47,681 bases of DNA from positions 1-47,681 of the forward strand of contig JAFQWW010000040.1 in the NCBI GenBank assembly GCA_017407285.1, in the 5' to 3' direction. This document shows, piece after piece, positions 20,176 through 29,417 of this stretch. The notes below the pieces were generated by a model that was not told the DNA's origin, ran no database searches, and saw only the letters and a program-made list of their open reading frames with translations. Within the stretch, counting starts at the first letter, position 1. Each line of letters starts with the position of its first letter. Origin of the DNA: Clostridia bacterium (lineage in GTDB: Bacteria > Bacillota > Clostridia > Christensenellales > RUG350). Made by a program: the position numbers and the translations under genes.

Positions 20176-21972
20176 ATGAAATATCCTTTTTGTGAAAAAC
20201 AATTATATGAAATAACGGAAAAACTTGCATCAGTTGCCGAGGGTAGAATCCCTGCCGATACGGTAATTAAAAATTGCACTTTAATCAACGTATGCACGAA
20301 AGAGTTGATTAAAAACACCGATATCGTTATAACCGACGGCAGAATATGTCTTATTGGGGACGGCAAACATTGTATTGGGGAAAACACTAACGTAATTGAT
20401 GCAACGGGTTTATACGCATCTCCTGCGTTCATTGACACCCACCTACATATAGAGTCATCAATGTTGACTGCACGCGAATACGCGAAAGCCGTTATACCTC
20501 ACGGTACGGCAATGATTTGCATGGATCCTCACGAGATTTGTAACGTCTTAGGACTTAGAGGACTAAATTACCTCATTGAAGACTCCAAACGTACCCCGCT
20601 CAAAGTAATGGCGTTTGCACCCTCTTGTGTGCCCTCTATGCCCGGATTTGAAGATTCGGGAGCAAACATTTGCGCCCAAGATATAGAATCTGTTATTGAT
20701 AATGAAAGAGTGTTTGGTATCGGTGAAATGATGAATTACGTAGGCATTATAAACGGTGCTAAAGGTCCTCACGATATCGTTAAAACGGCACTTATGAGCG
20801 GAAAGGCAGTATCCGGACACTACTCCTCACCTGACGTAGGCAAAGATATGAACGCTTATTTTTCATGTGGCGTGAACGATTGTCACGAATCAACGAGCGC
20901 AAAAGATGCGTTAGAAAAATTACGTCGTGGCGTCAAAGTTTTCTTCCGTGAAGGATCTGCATCAAGAAACCTTGAAGAACTCTTAACCCTTATAACCAAG
21001 AAAAATATTGATACAAGGAACGTTGCTTTCTGTACGGACGATATTCACCCTGGTGATTTTGAATCAAAAGGTCATATAGATTATATCGTTCGTCGTGCTA
21101 TCGAGTTAGGTGTCCCCGCTCTCACTGCTTATCAAATTGCAACTATAAACGCGGCTGAAGCTTATGGATTCGCTCACGAAACTGGTTCAATATCTCTTGG
21201 CAACGTTGCAGATATCGTACTTGTTAAAGACATTGAAAAGGTTGACGTTCAAAAGGTTTTAATTAACGGCAAAGTCGTATCTGAAAACGGTAAAAATACC
21301 TTCTCGGTTGATTTATCAAGGAAATTTGAGGAAGAAGAACTAAATTCCGTGAACGTTGGCGCTAAAATTTCTATAGACGACTTTAGAATTAGTACGCTAA
21401 ACGAAGAGGAAAAAGTTCGAGTTATCGAGATTACGCCGACTCAGTTACCGACTGGTTCAACTACAGCCATAATCAAATCTAAAAACGGAAATCTAATTAG
21501 CGACACTAATCAAGATATACTTAAAACCGTAGTCTTTGAAAGACATCACGCTACGGGTTCACGCGGATACGGTTTTATCAAAGGTTTTGGTATAAAAGAT
21601 GGTGCAATTGCCTCCACCGTTGCTCACGACTGTCATAATTTATTAGTCGTTGGTGATAGCGACGAAGATATGTGTCTTGCATCAAACACCCTCGCCTCCT
21701 CCGGTGGCGGTATGTGCGTTGTAAAACAAGGTGAGGTTATAGCTCACTTACCTCTCCCCGTTGCAGGATTAATGAGTCTAAAGTCTGCTAAAGATACGGC
21801 AAGTCTTATTCGAAAACTCGAACAAGCGTGGGAAGAACTTGAGTGCAAAGTTCCCGATCCATTTATGACCATGTCCTTTATTTCTCTTGCTTGTATACCG
21901 AGCTTACGTATAACCAATCGTGGTCTTGTGGATACCGACAATTTTAATTTTGTTGATTTAATTGTAAAATAA
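20176..21972 (+). CDS. ade: Adenine deaminase
   Basis: D.H.HIESS, DPHEI.NV.G, GEMMN, DCHE, REGS, CTDD, ERHH, STVAHDCHN; start moved to ATG 20176 after GAGGTG. Confidence 0.93.
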   Translation: MKYPFCEKQLYEITEKLASVAEGRIPADTVIKNCTLINVCTKELIKNTDIVITDGRICLIGDGKHCIGENTNVIDATGLYASPAFIDTHLHIESSMLTAREYAKAVIPHGTAMICMDPHEICNVLGLRGLNYLIEDSKRTPLKVMAFAPSCVPSMPGFEDSGANICAQDIESVIDNERVFGIGEMMNYVGIINGAKGPHDIVKTALMSGKAVSGHYSSPDVGKDMNAYFSCGVNDCHESTSAKDALEKLRRGVKVFFREGSASRNLEELLTLITKKNIDTRNVAFCTDDIHPGDFESKGHIDYIVRRAIELGVPALTAYQIATINAAEAYGFAHETGSISLGNVADIVLVKDIEKVDVQKVLINGKVVSENGKNTFSVDLSRKFEEEELNSVNVGAKISIDDFRISTLNEEEKVRVIEITPTQLPTGSTTAIIKSKNGNLISDTNQDILKTVVFERHHATGSRGYGFIKGFGIKDGAIASTVAHDCHNLLVVGDSDEDMCLASNTLASSGGGMCVVKQGEVIAHLPLPVAGLMSLKSAKDTASLIRKLEQAWEELECKVPDPFMTMSFISLACIPSLRITNRGLVDTDNFNFVDLIVK

Positions 21973-21974
21973 TC

Positions 21975-22002
21975 AAAAACGCGTCTTTTGACGCGTTTTT
22001 TT
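21975..22002 (+). terminator. Rho-independent terminator after ade
   Basis: AAAAACGCGTC-TTTT-GACGCGTTTTT + T-tract. Confidence 0.88.
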
Positions 22003-22024
22003 CTTAACTTTTTTTAATCGCCTA

Positions 22025-22053
22025 TTGCATACGAGAAATTTTTATGTTATAAT
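22025..22053 (+). promoter_or_regulatory. Sigma-A promoter of membrane protein-maf-mreB-like operon
   Basis: TTGCAT-17-TATAAT with TG extension. Confidence 0.7.
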
Positions 22054-22080
22054 ACTTAAGATATTTATATAGAGGTAACT

Positions 22081-22554
22081 ATGACTAAAAACGTTTTCAA
22101 ATTTATATATACGACTTTCATGAAAGTTTTATTGATTGTGATGACCGTTTTGTTCTCCGCTTGTGCGCTTAAAAACATTCTTGCTTTTTGTGGCGCGTTC
22201 GGTTGGACGTCTACCTATCTTTGGCTTGACGTAATAGGTTTAGTTTTGTGCGTTCTTTTGATAGTCGTTCTCTTGCTTATGCTCACGCATTCAAGATACG
22301 TCGTAACCAACTTTTCTCTTTACGTTAAAATGGGGTTATTTATCTACAAAATCCCCTGCGGTCTTATTCAATCAATTGTTAAAATTGAGCAAGACGGATC
22401 ACTTTTTATCCTATTCGTTAATCAGAAAGCTCAACCTGCTCAGATGAAGATTAATATCGTGGAAAGCGATTACGACGGATTTATAAAGTCGCTAAGAGAT
22501 TATAACGTAGATATATTTTACGAAACTTATAATAAAGATAGTGAAACGAAATGA
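22081..22554 (+). CDS. Hypothetical membrane protein (2 TMs plus beta-rich, possibly bacterial PH-like, C-terminus)
   Basis: SD GAGGT; ATGA overlap with maf; two hydrophobic segments. Confidence 0.65.
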   Translation: MTKNVFKFIYTTFMKVLLIVMTVLFSACALKNILAFCGAFGWTSTYLWLDVIGLVLCVLLIVVLLLMLTHSRYVVTNFSLYVKMGLFIYKIPCGLIQSIVKIEQDGSLFILFVNQKAQPAQMKINIVESDYDGFIKSLRDYNVDIFYETYNKDSETK

Positions 22555-23102
22555 AAATAGTTCTCGCTTCGACCTCGCCAAGACGAAAAGAATTATTAAA
22601 AGAGATTTTTTCCGACTTTGACGTCCTATCTCCCAATTGTGAAGAAAAAGAGGACAAAAGTCCTATTAAAACCGTTTTAGGTATAGCACGAGACAAAGCT
22701 AATTCCATAAACGTTGATTATGATGTGCTAATATCTGCAGACACTATAGTCGTATATAAAAAACGTATAATAGGCAAACCGATATCCAAGCAAGACGCTA
22801 TTCAAACACTCGAACTTTTATCGGGCAAAACTCATTCGGTATATACGGGTGTTTGCTTAAAAATAAAAAAATTTGATCGTACGATTGTTAAGGTTTTCGC
22901 GGTTAAATCTAGAGTAAAGATGAAGAAACTTTCTCCAAGCGATATCCTCGAATACGTAGATTCAGGCTCCCCTCTTGACAAAGCCGGAGCATACGGCATA
23001 CAAGACGGTGTAGTTGAAAAATATCACGGAAGTTATTCAAACATCGTAGGTTTACCAATAGAAAAATTAGAAAAAGTATTAAGACATTTAGGTGTCAAAT
23101 AG
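22551..23102 (+). CDS. maf: Maf family nucleoside-triphosphate pyrophosphatase
   Basis: LASTSPRRKELL, ADTIV, DKAGAYGIQ, SNIVGLP. Confidence 0.94.
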   Translation: MKIVLASTSPRRKELLKEIFSDFDVLSPNCEEKEDKSPIKTVLGIARDKANSINVDYDVLISADTIVVYKKRIIGKPISKQDAIQTLELLSGKTHSVYTGVCLKIKKFDRTIVKVFAVKSRVKMKKLSPSDILEYVDSGSPLDKAGAYGIQDGVVEKYHGSYSNIVGLPIEKLEKVLRHLGVK

Positions 23103-23110
23103 GAGGAATT

Positions 23111-24106
23111 ATGGCTGTAATTGATTTAGGTATTGATTTTGGTAGTTCAAACACAACTATATATCAACAAGGTTTCGGAATAGTTTTGAAAGAACCTTCC
23201 GTCATTGCGTTACGAAAGGAAAGAAAACTCGAGGTCGTTGCAGTCGGCTCTAAAGCCAAAAGATTGGTTGGTAAAGTATCTGCAAACACCCAAGTCGTAT
23301 ATCCTATCCGTGACGGTGTGATTACCAATAACGACGCGGCTATTTTGCTACTCAAAAAATTGATTGCGCGTCTACTCCCCGAAGGAAGTTTCAAACCGCG
23401 CATTAGAGCGCTCGTATCTATTCCTTGCGGACTCTCTTTGGCTGAGCGCAAAGCGTATGAAACCGTTATGCAAAAAGCCGGTGTAAACGAAGTTACATTC
23501 ATAGACACCCCTATTGCTATATCAAGACTCCTCTCCCACGGTGGCGTAGTCGTATCCATAGGCGGTGGCGTTACCGACGTTGCGTTAGTTGCAAATAACG
23601 AGATAATTGACGGTGCAAGTATAAATATTGCGGGAGATGCAATAAACAACGCTATCACCGATTACTTATACGAGAAACAAAACGTTAAAATTGGTCAAGC
23701 TACTACGGAAAAGATCAAACTTGCTATTGCTAGCTTGTACGCTAACGACACCTCAAGCATAGAAGTTATTGGACGTGACGCTGACTCTGGAGCACAGAGA
23801 ACCTTTATAATTACGGCTAAAGAAGTTTGTGATCTTATCGAACCTCTTTTGAAAAAAATCACGGATATTATATCCTCTATGATAACCTACGCACCTACCG
23901 AAGTTGCAGAAACCATGACGGAGAACGGTATATACCTTTGCGGTGGTACCGCCCTACTCCCCGGTCTTTGTGAATATATGGCAAATTTGGTTAGAATGAA
24001 AGTTACCTTATTAGACGACGCACAGTCAACCGTAATTAACGCCCTTGGCACTCTCGTGGGCGAGCGAGACAAACTCGCAGAATTTTTAAAACTAACCAAA
24101 ATATAA
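23111..24106 (+). CDS. Divergent MreB/Mbl-family actin homolog
   Basis: DLGIDFGSSNT, EPSVIA, PIRDGVI, E.IKL.I, GRD..SG, GIYLCGGTALL; catalytic motifs altered. Confidence 0.85.
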   Translation: MAVIDLGIDFGSSNTTIYQQGFGIVLKEPSVIALRKERKLEVVAVGSKAKRLVGKVSANTQVVYPIRDGVITNNDAAILLLKKLIARLLPEGSFKPRIRALVSIPCGLSLAERKAYETVMQKAGVNEVTFIDTPIAISRLLSHGGVVVSIGGGVTDVALVANNEIIDGASINIAGDAINNAITDYLYEKQNVKIGQATTEKIKLAIASLYANDTSSIEVIGRDADSGAQRTFIITAKEVCDLIEPLLKKITDIISSMITYAPTEVAETMTENGIYLCGGTALLPGLCEYMANLVRMKVTLLDDAQSTVINALGTLVGERDKLAEFLKLTKI

Positions 24107-24127
24107 TCTCAATAATATTTTAATAAC

Positions 24128-24158
24128 AAAAAAAGATAGCAATGTTGCTATCTTTTTT
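24128..24158. terminator. Bidirectional terminator
   Basis: AAAAAAGATAGCAA-TG-TTGCTATCTTTTTT perfect inverted repeat between convergent genes. Confidence 0.88.
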
Positions 24159-24179
24159 CTTTACTCAAAATAAATTTGA

Positions 24180-24488
24180 TTATTCTTCTTCCATAAATTT
24201 AATGAACTCGTTATAAACGGTTTCTGCTAAATCATCGTCCTCAACAGGGAAAAGTTGTTCGTCGTCGCCCTCTCCTACGAGTTTGTAGATGTAAACTTCA
24301 CATTCTGCATCCTCGTCGTCCGCTGCACGTGCTGCCTGCTCTGCATCTTGCAAAAATACGAACCATTCTTTGTTGTATTCGTAAGTTCCAATATGAAGAA
24401 AATCTCTTTCCTCGCCGTCGTCGTTTTCAAGAGTGATAATTTCACAATCTTCTAAATCTTCAGTTTCATTAACGATATCTTTTGCCAT
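24180..24488 (-). CDS. DUF1292 family acidic protein
   Basis: ITL.NDDGEE..F, L.PVEDD..AE.VY..F; downstream of ruvX. Confidence 0.85.
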   Translation of the reverse strand: MAKDIVNETEDLEDCEIITLENDDGEERDFLHIGTYEYNKEWFVFLQDAEQAARAADDEDAECEVYIYKLVGEGDDEQLFPVEDDDLAETVYNEFIKFMEEE

Positions 24489-24505
24489 AATAACACCTCA
24501 TAAGT

Positions 24506-24916
24506 TTATTTTATTCTATCAAGGTAACTTTGGAGTATAATTGCCGCCGCAACCTTGTCAATAACTTGTTTTCTTTTCTCACGTCTCATATCTGCAGAGA
24601 TCAAAATTCTCTCGGCACTTTTAGAGGTAAGCCTTTCATCAATAAATTCTATTTTGCACGAAGTTTTAGGCTCTAGTTCACGAGCAAACTGTCTACTCAT
24701 CTCCGCTCTCTCGCCTTCCGTTCCGTCCATATTTACGGGTAACCCTATAACTATGGTGTCCGCCTCCATTTTTTTTGCAAATTCTGCAATATAGTCTACG
24801 TCGGCTTCTCCGCCCTTTCTATAATACGTTTCACTACCACTTGCAATAATTCCCATAATATCACTGCTTGCAAGTCCTATTCTAACGTCGCCTAAATCTA
24901 CTGCTATCTTTCTCAA
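24506..24916 (-). CDS. ruvX: Holliday junction resolvase-like / pre-16S rRNA nuclease YqgF
   Basis: AVDLGDVRIGLA.SD, GLP.NMDG, DERLTS, D.VAA.IILQ.YL. Confidence 0.94.
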   Translation of the reverse strand: MRKIAVDLGDVRIGLASSDIMGIIASGSETYYRKGGEADVDYIAEFAKKMEADTIVIGLPVNMDGTEGERAEMSRQFARELEPKTSCKIEFIDERLTSKSAERILISADMRREKRKQVIDKVAAAIILQSYLDRIK

Positions 24917-24935
24917 TTTGTACTCCTATTATTCT

Positions 24936-27284
24936 CTAAAAACCTTGATTTTGTAATACTTTAATACATTCTTGTGCGTTTTCTGCGTACTTTGCACCAA
25001 TACGCTCTGCAAAGTCATTAGTAACGACTGCCCCACCCACCAAGATTAAAAGGTTCGGGAAACGATCACGCAAAGCCACTACACTCTCTTCCATACTGTT
25101 CATAGTCGTGGTCATAAGCGCAGAAAGTCCAACGATTTTTGCATTACTTTTCTCAATTTCTGAAATAATTTTATCAATTTCTACGTCTCGACCTAAATCT
25201 ATAACGTCGTATCCGTAATTTGAGAGCACGGCTTTTACAATATTTTTACCTATATCGTGAACGTCGCCTTTTACGGTAGCAAGCACTATCTTTGCGCCCT
25301 TTTCATCCTTATCCGACATAAATTTGTCGCGAATATAGTCTAGAATCACACGCGCAGACTCCGCACCCGACATTAATTGAGGTAAAAAGCACTTGCCTAA
25401 AGCAAAATCATCGCCCAGTTCGTTCAATGCACTAATTACGTCGTTATTTATAATATCCGAGTAATTGTCGACGGTTGCTATCTCCTTAACGCGCTTTGCA
25501 CCCTCAACAGCCAAGCCGAAATAAACACATTCTTTTAAGGTATGTTCGCGACTCTTATCTACCACGCTTTTTGCAGATGCGTATTTAGCAACGTACGCCT
25601 CACAATCCTTATCTACACCTAAAACTGCAGATTTTGCAACGAAATCGTCAACAACCTCACAAAGCGCAGGATTAATAATCGCGCACGACAAACCTTGTGC
25701 TTTCGCAAAATTGTAAAATACACCGTTAATTCTCTCCCTTTGGGGCAAACCAAAGGAAACGTTAGACAAGCCTAAAACCGTTTTAACACCGTATTCATTT
25801 AATTTTTTCAAGGTATCAAGCGTTCTAACCGCGTTTTTATCGTCTACGCTTATAGCCATAGTTAAAGCGTCTATAAAAACCCTATCTTTACATATACCGT
25901 AACCTGCACAAGTTTTTACAATTCTCTCGGCTATCTCCACTCTAACCGTGGGATTTTCCGATATTCCTCTCTCGTCAAGACAAAGCCCTATAATGCAAGC
26001 ACCGTATTTTTCACACAAAGGCAATACGTTTTTTAAGGATTCTCTCTCGCCGTTTACGGAATTTATCAATACGACGCCACACGCCCTTCTTAAAGCTGTT
26101 TCCAAAGCTTTCACGTTGGTCGTATCAATACACAAAGGCACGCTTATCTTACCAGACAAATACTCGACGATCTCGCCTAGAACGTAGGCTTCGTCTATTC
26201 CCGCCATTCCTACGTTTACGTCTATAACTTGCGCACCTAGAGCAATTTGTTCGGCACATAGTCCGTATACGTATTCTAGATCCAACTCTTGTAAAGCCTT
26301 TTTAAGAGTAGGTTTACCAGTCGGATTCAATCTCTCGCCTATTACGAAAAATTTATCAAATTCCACCCTTCTTTGAGCAGAACACAACGCAGGCGTAATA
26401 GATTTATTAAAACTTTTCTGCGCTGTTTCAAATTCATGATTTGCTAGAAGTCTAATATAATTGTCATCAGTTCCACAACAACCACCAACCGCTTGAACAT
26501 TAGGGACGGTTTTTACGATCTCACCAACCCAACTAGCAAAATCGTCTGCGCTCATATCGTACGAAGTCTTACCGTTTTCGTACACAGGCATACCTGCATT
26601 AGGTTTAATAAATATAGGTAGAGTGGTGTGTTTTGATAATTCTACTGCGTTTTTTAGAGTTTTATCCGCGCCCAAGCCACAATTTAGTCCTAGCGCATCT
26701 ACACCTAATCCCCCTGCTATACGAGCAAAGGATTCGATATCGTTACCCGAGAAGGTTCTACCGTTCTCATCAAAACTCATAGAACACACGATAGGTAAAT
26801 CGGTGTTTTCCTTAAAAGCTAATATTGCGGAACGAAGCTCTGCAATATCGGTAAAGGTTTCAATAACCACGAGGTCAAAACCAAGTTCGGCTACGACTTT
26901 TGCTTGCTCTAAAAACCTCTCGTATGCCTCCTCAAAGCGTAATTCCCCCGTCGGATACATAAGTTTTCCAAGCGGTCCACAGGAGTACGCAATAAATCCG
27001 TCCGTAGATACTTTTGCATTTTTATACGCAGATTTAATAATCTGCGCAACTGTATAACCAGTATCCTTCAAATTGAAAGAATTTGCACCAAAGGTATTTG
27101 AATAAATTACGTCAGAACCAGCAAGACGATAGGATTTGTGAATATCAATTATTTCGTTAGGCTTTTCAACGTTATATTGCATTGCAAGCCTACTATCCAA
27201 GCCTCTTGATATCAACCTCGTTCCCATCGCTCCGTCTAAAACGAGAATTTTACTTTTTAGTTGTTCTAGAAAATTTTTCTTCAT
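24936..27284 (-). CDS. metH: Cobalamin-dependent methionine synthase lacking the C-terminal AdoMet reactivation domain
   Basis: LDGAMGT, GLNC, GGCCGT (Hcy/Zn); IGERLNPTG, GLSNVSFGLP (pterin); GDVHDIGKNIV, GLSALMTTT (B12); ends after B12 domain (782 aa). Confidence 0.9.
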   Translation of the reverse strand: MKKNFLEQLKSKILVLDGAMGTRLISRGLDSRLAMQYNVEKPNEIIDIHKSYRLAGSDVIYSNTFGANSFNLKDTGYTVAQIIKSAYKNAKVSTDGFIAYSCGPLGKLMYPTGELRFEEAYERFLEQAKVVAELGFDLVVIETFTDIAELRSAILAFKENTDLPIVCSMSFDENGRTFSGNDIESFARIAGGLGVDALGLNCGLGADKTLKNAVELSKHTTLPIFIKPNAGMPVYENGKTSYDMSADDFASWVGEIVKTVPNVQAVGGCCGTDDNYIRLLANHEFETAQKSFNKSITPALCSAQRRVEFDKFFVIGERLNPTGKPTLKKALQELDLEYVYGLCAEQIALGAQVIDVNVGMAGIDEAYVLGEIVEYLSGKISVPLCIDTTNVKALETALRRACGVVLINSVNGERESLKNVLPLCEKYGACIIGLCLDERGISENPTVRVEIAERIVKTCAGYGICKDRVFIDALTMAISVDDKNAVRTLDTLKKLNEYGVKTVLGLSNVSFGLPQRERINGVFYNFAKAQGLSCAIINPALCEVVDDFVAKSAVLGVDKDCEAYVAKYASAKSVVDKSREHTLKECVYFGLAVEGAKRVKEIATVDNYSDIINNDVISALNELGDDFALGKCFLPQLMSGAESARVILDYIRDKFMSDKDEKGAKIVLATVKGDVHDIGKNIVKAVLSNYGYDVIDLGRDVEIDKIISEIEKSNAKIVGLSALMTTTMNSMEESVVALRDRFPNLLILVGGAVVTNDFAERIGAKYAENAQECIKVLQNQGF

Positions 27285-28129
27285 TTGTTTACAACGCTTA
27301 AAATAGTACTGATATTATCAAATATCGTTTTTGCAGTACTAGGATTGTTCATAGTATATAAGTGGATACCGTCAACATCGTTAGATATTAGATCGGTAAT
27401 TTGTTCAATCGCAAAGTTTAATCCTGCTTGTCTTAACGCATCGGGATTATCTTCGAACTTACTAATGAGTTTACTTAGTCTAGTAGGAATTTTTGCTCCA
27501 CACATAGATACCGTTCTAAGTATTTGCTTTGCATTAGTGATAGGCATAATACCTGCAACTATAGGTGCGTTTACTCCGATTTTTACCGCTTCGTCTCTCA
27601 TTTTGTAAAAGTCTTCGTTATCAAAGAATAGTTGAGAAACGAATCGAGTAACGCCCAAGTCGTACTTTTTCTTCATAAAGGAAACGTCTTGTAAATAGTT
27701 CTCGCTCTCGACGTGTCCTTCAGGGTAACAGGTTGCAAAAATCTCAAAATCCCATTTATCTTTCATAAAGGATATAAGATCGGTTGCATACTTAAAATCA
27801 GTAAGCTCTGCGTCCTGTTTTCTATCTCCACGCAATGCAAGCACACTCTTAATCCCGTGCGCTACTAAATCGTCAAGTATTTCCCCAACGCTTTCTTTAG
27901 TCTCGCCCATACACCTAACGTGAGCAATTGCTTTAATATTATGCTCGTTTTGAACGACGGAGGCAATATCCGCAGTACCCGTGCCACCGTCACCACCCGC
28001 AGCGTACGTCACGCTAATATAGTCGGGTGTAATTTTTGCAAAATCGTAAAGATTTTTATATATAGCCTCTATGCCAACGTCATTTTTAGGCGGAAATATT
28101 TCTAAAGAAAAGCTCGTGTTAGAATTCAT
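27281..28129 (-). CDS. metF: 5,10-methylenetetrahydrofolate reductase
   Basis: S.EIFPPK, SVTY.AGG, LALRGD, YPEGH, QLFFDN, GIHLYTMN. Confidence 0.94.
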   Translation of the reverse strand: MNSNTSFSLEIFPPKNDVGIEAIYKNLYDFAKITPDYISVTYAAGGDGGTGTADIASVVQNEHNIKAIAHVRCMGETKESVGEILDDLVAHGIKSVLALRGDRKQDAELTDFKYATDLISFMKDKWDFEIFATCYPEGHVESENYLQDVSFMKKKYDLGVTRFVSQLFFDNEDFYKMRDEAVKIGVNAPIVAGIMPITNAKQILRTVSMCGAKIPTRLSKLISKFEDNPDALRQAGLNFAIEQITDLISNDVDGIHLYTMNNPSTAKTIFDNISTILSVVNK

Positions 28130-28213
28130 TTGTTCACCACTTAATTAATTTTACTAATTATAGCACCAAAATGTAAAAAAAGTAAAGAAAAATCAAGGAT
28201 AATATAAAACTCT

Positions 28214-29341
28214 CTAACTTTTTGCAACGAAATAGTTGCCACTCAACAACTCACTTGAGTAATGAGTTAGATATTCTTCCTTTTCCCTCTCGCGATCTTT
28301 TGCATATTCAATCATACCTTTTGCAAGACAAGAATAGTCAAGTTCGCACTCCTCAAATAAATATCCACTCATTGATCCCGGAATCGTATTCACTTCGTTA
28401 ACGTACAACTCTCCCGTATCTTCTTGATACATATAATCCACACGTACAACGCCAACTAAATCAAACTCTTCGTACAATTTTTGCGTAGTTTTTCGGATTT
28501 TTGAGGCAAGACGAGGACTGATATCTGCAGGTATTTCTCTCTCGTCCGATCTTTCCTTAGATTTAGATAGATATTTATCACGATAGGACAAAACTTCCCC
28601 TCTCCGTTTTAGCGGTTTTTCAATAGCACTGACGATAACGCTTGAACCGAACCTCACGCCAGCGCAATTCAGTTCGATCATATTAGATATCTTCTTCTCG
28701 ACTAATGCTTTGTTCGTATAACAAAAAACTAATGAAAGCGCGTCTTTTAATTCATTCTTGTTTTGTGGCGCGTTTACTCCCACGCTTGATCCCATATCAA
28801 CGGGTTTTACAATAACGTCTAAACCATATTTTGATATGATTTTATCACAAATACCCTCTTCGTTACTCAAAAAATCATTTTTGCTAACGCATATTCCGGG
28901 AACTACCCTAAATCCTTTTTCGCGCGCTACGACCTTGAATATTTGTTTATTCAAACAGATAGATGAGGGTAGTATACTTGAGGACGTGTACGGTACGTCG
29001 TACATCTCAAGCATTCCTGCCAAACCTCCGCCCTCGCCCGCGCCACCGTGCATACATAAAAATGCTACGTCGATCTCACCTACGACTTTCAAAAATCCAA
29101 ATTTACCGTACGATACGAGTTTTTTGCCGTCCAAAATTATCTTTGTGTGTAGTTTTTCATTAAAATTCTTATAACTTTCCGCATACTTTAATTTCTCGCC
29201 CGTAAACCACCCATACTCCGTTATATACACAGGGTAGATTTCGTACTCGTATTCAAGTTCTGCCATCGCTTGAAGCGCCGTAATAACTGATACTTCGTGT
29301 TCGCAAGATTTACCACCAAAGAAAACGCCTATCCTTTCCAT
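28214..29341 (-). CDS. ddl: D-alanine--D-alanine ligase family protein
   Basis: FGGKSCEHEVS, HGG.GE.G, VKPVDMGSSVG, SY.DKY, NEVNTIPGS; start moved to ATG 29341 after GGGGAGG. Confidence 0.9.
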   Translation of the reverse strand: MERIGVFFGGKSCEHEVSVITALQAMAELEYEYEIYPVYITEYGWFTGEKLKYAESYKNFNEKLHTKIILDGKKLVSYGKFGFLKVVGEIDVAFLCMHGGAGEGGGLAGMLEMYDVPYTSSSILPSSICLNKQIFKVVAREKGFRVVPGICVSKNDFLSNEEGICDKIISKYGLDVIVKPVDMGSSVGVNAPQNKNELKDALSLVFCYTNKALVEKKISNMIELNCAGVRFGSSVIVSAIEKPLKRRGEVLSYRDKYLSKSKERSDEREIPADISPRLASKIRKTTQKLYEEFDLVGVVRVDYMYQEDTGELYVNEVNTIPGSMSGYLFEECELDYSCLAKGMIEYAKDREREKEEYLTHYSSELLSGNYFVAKS

Positions 29342-29353
29342 TTTTTCCTCCCC

Positions 29354-29386
29354 AAAAAAATAATGAAGACCTAAGTCCTCATTATT
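29354..29386 (-). terminator. Terminator-like hairpin between murF and ddl
   Basis: Minus strand AATAATGAGGAC-TTAG-GTCTTCATTATT then T-tract, directly before ddl SD. Confidence 0.6.
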
Positions 29387-29417
29387 ATATGCCGTAAAAA
29401 ATGAAAGGTGCACGATG

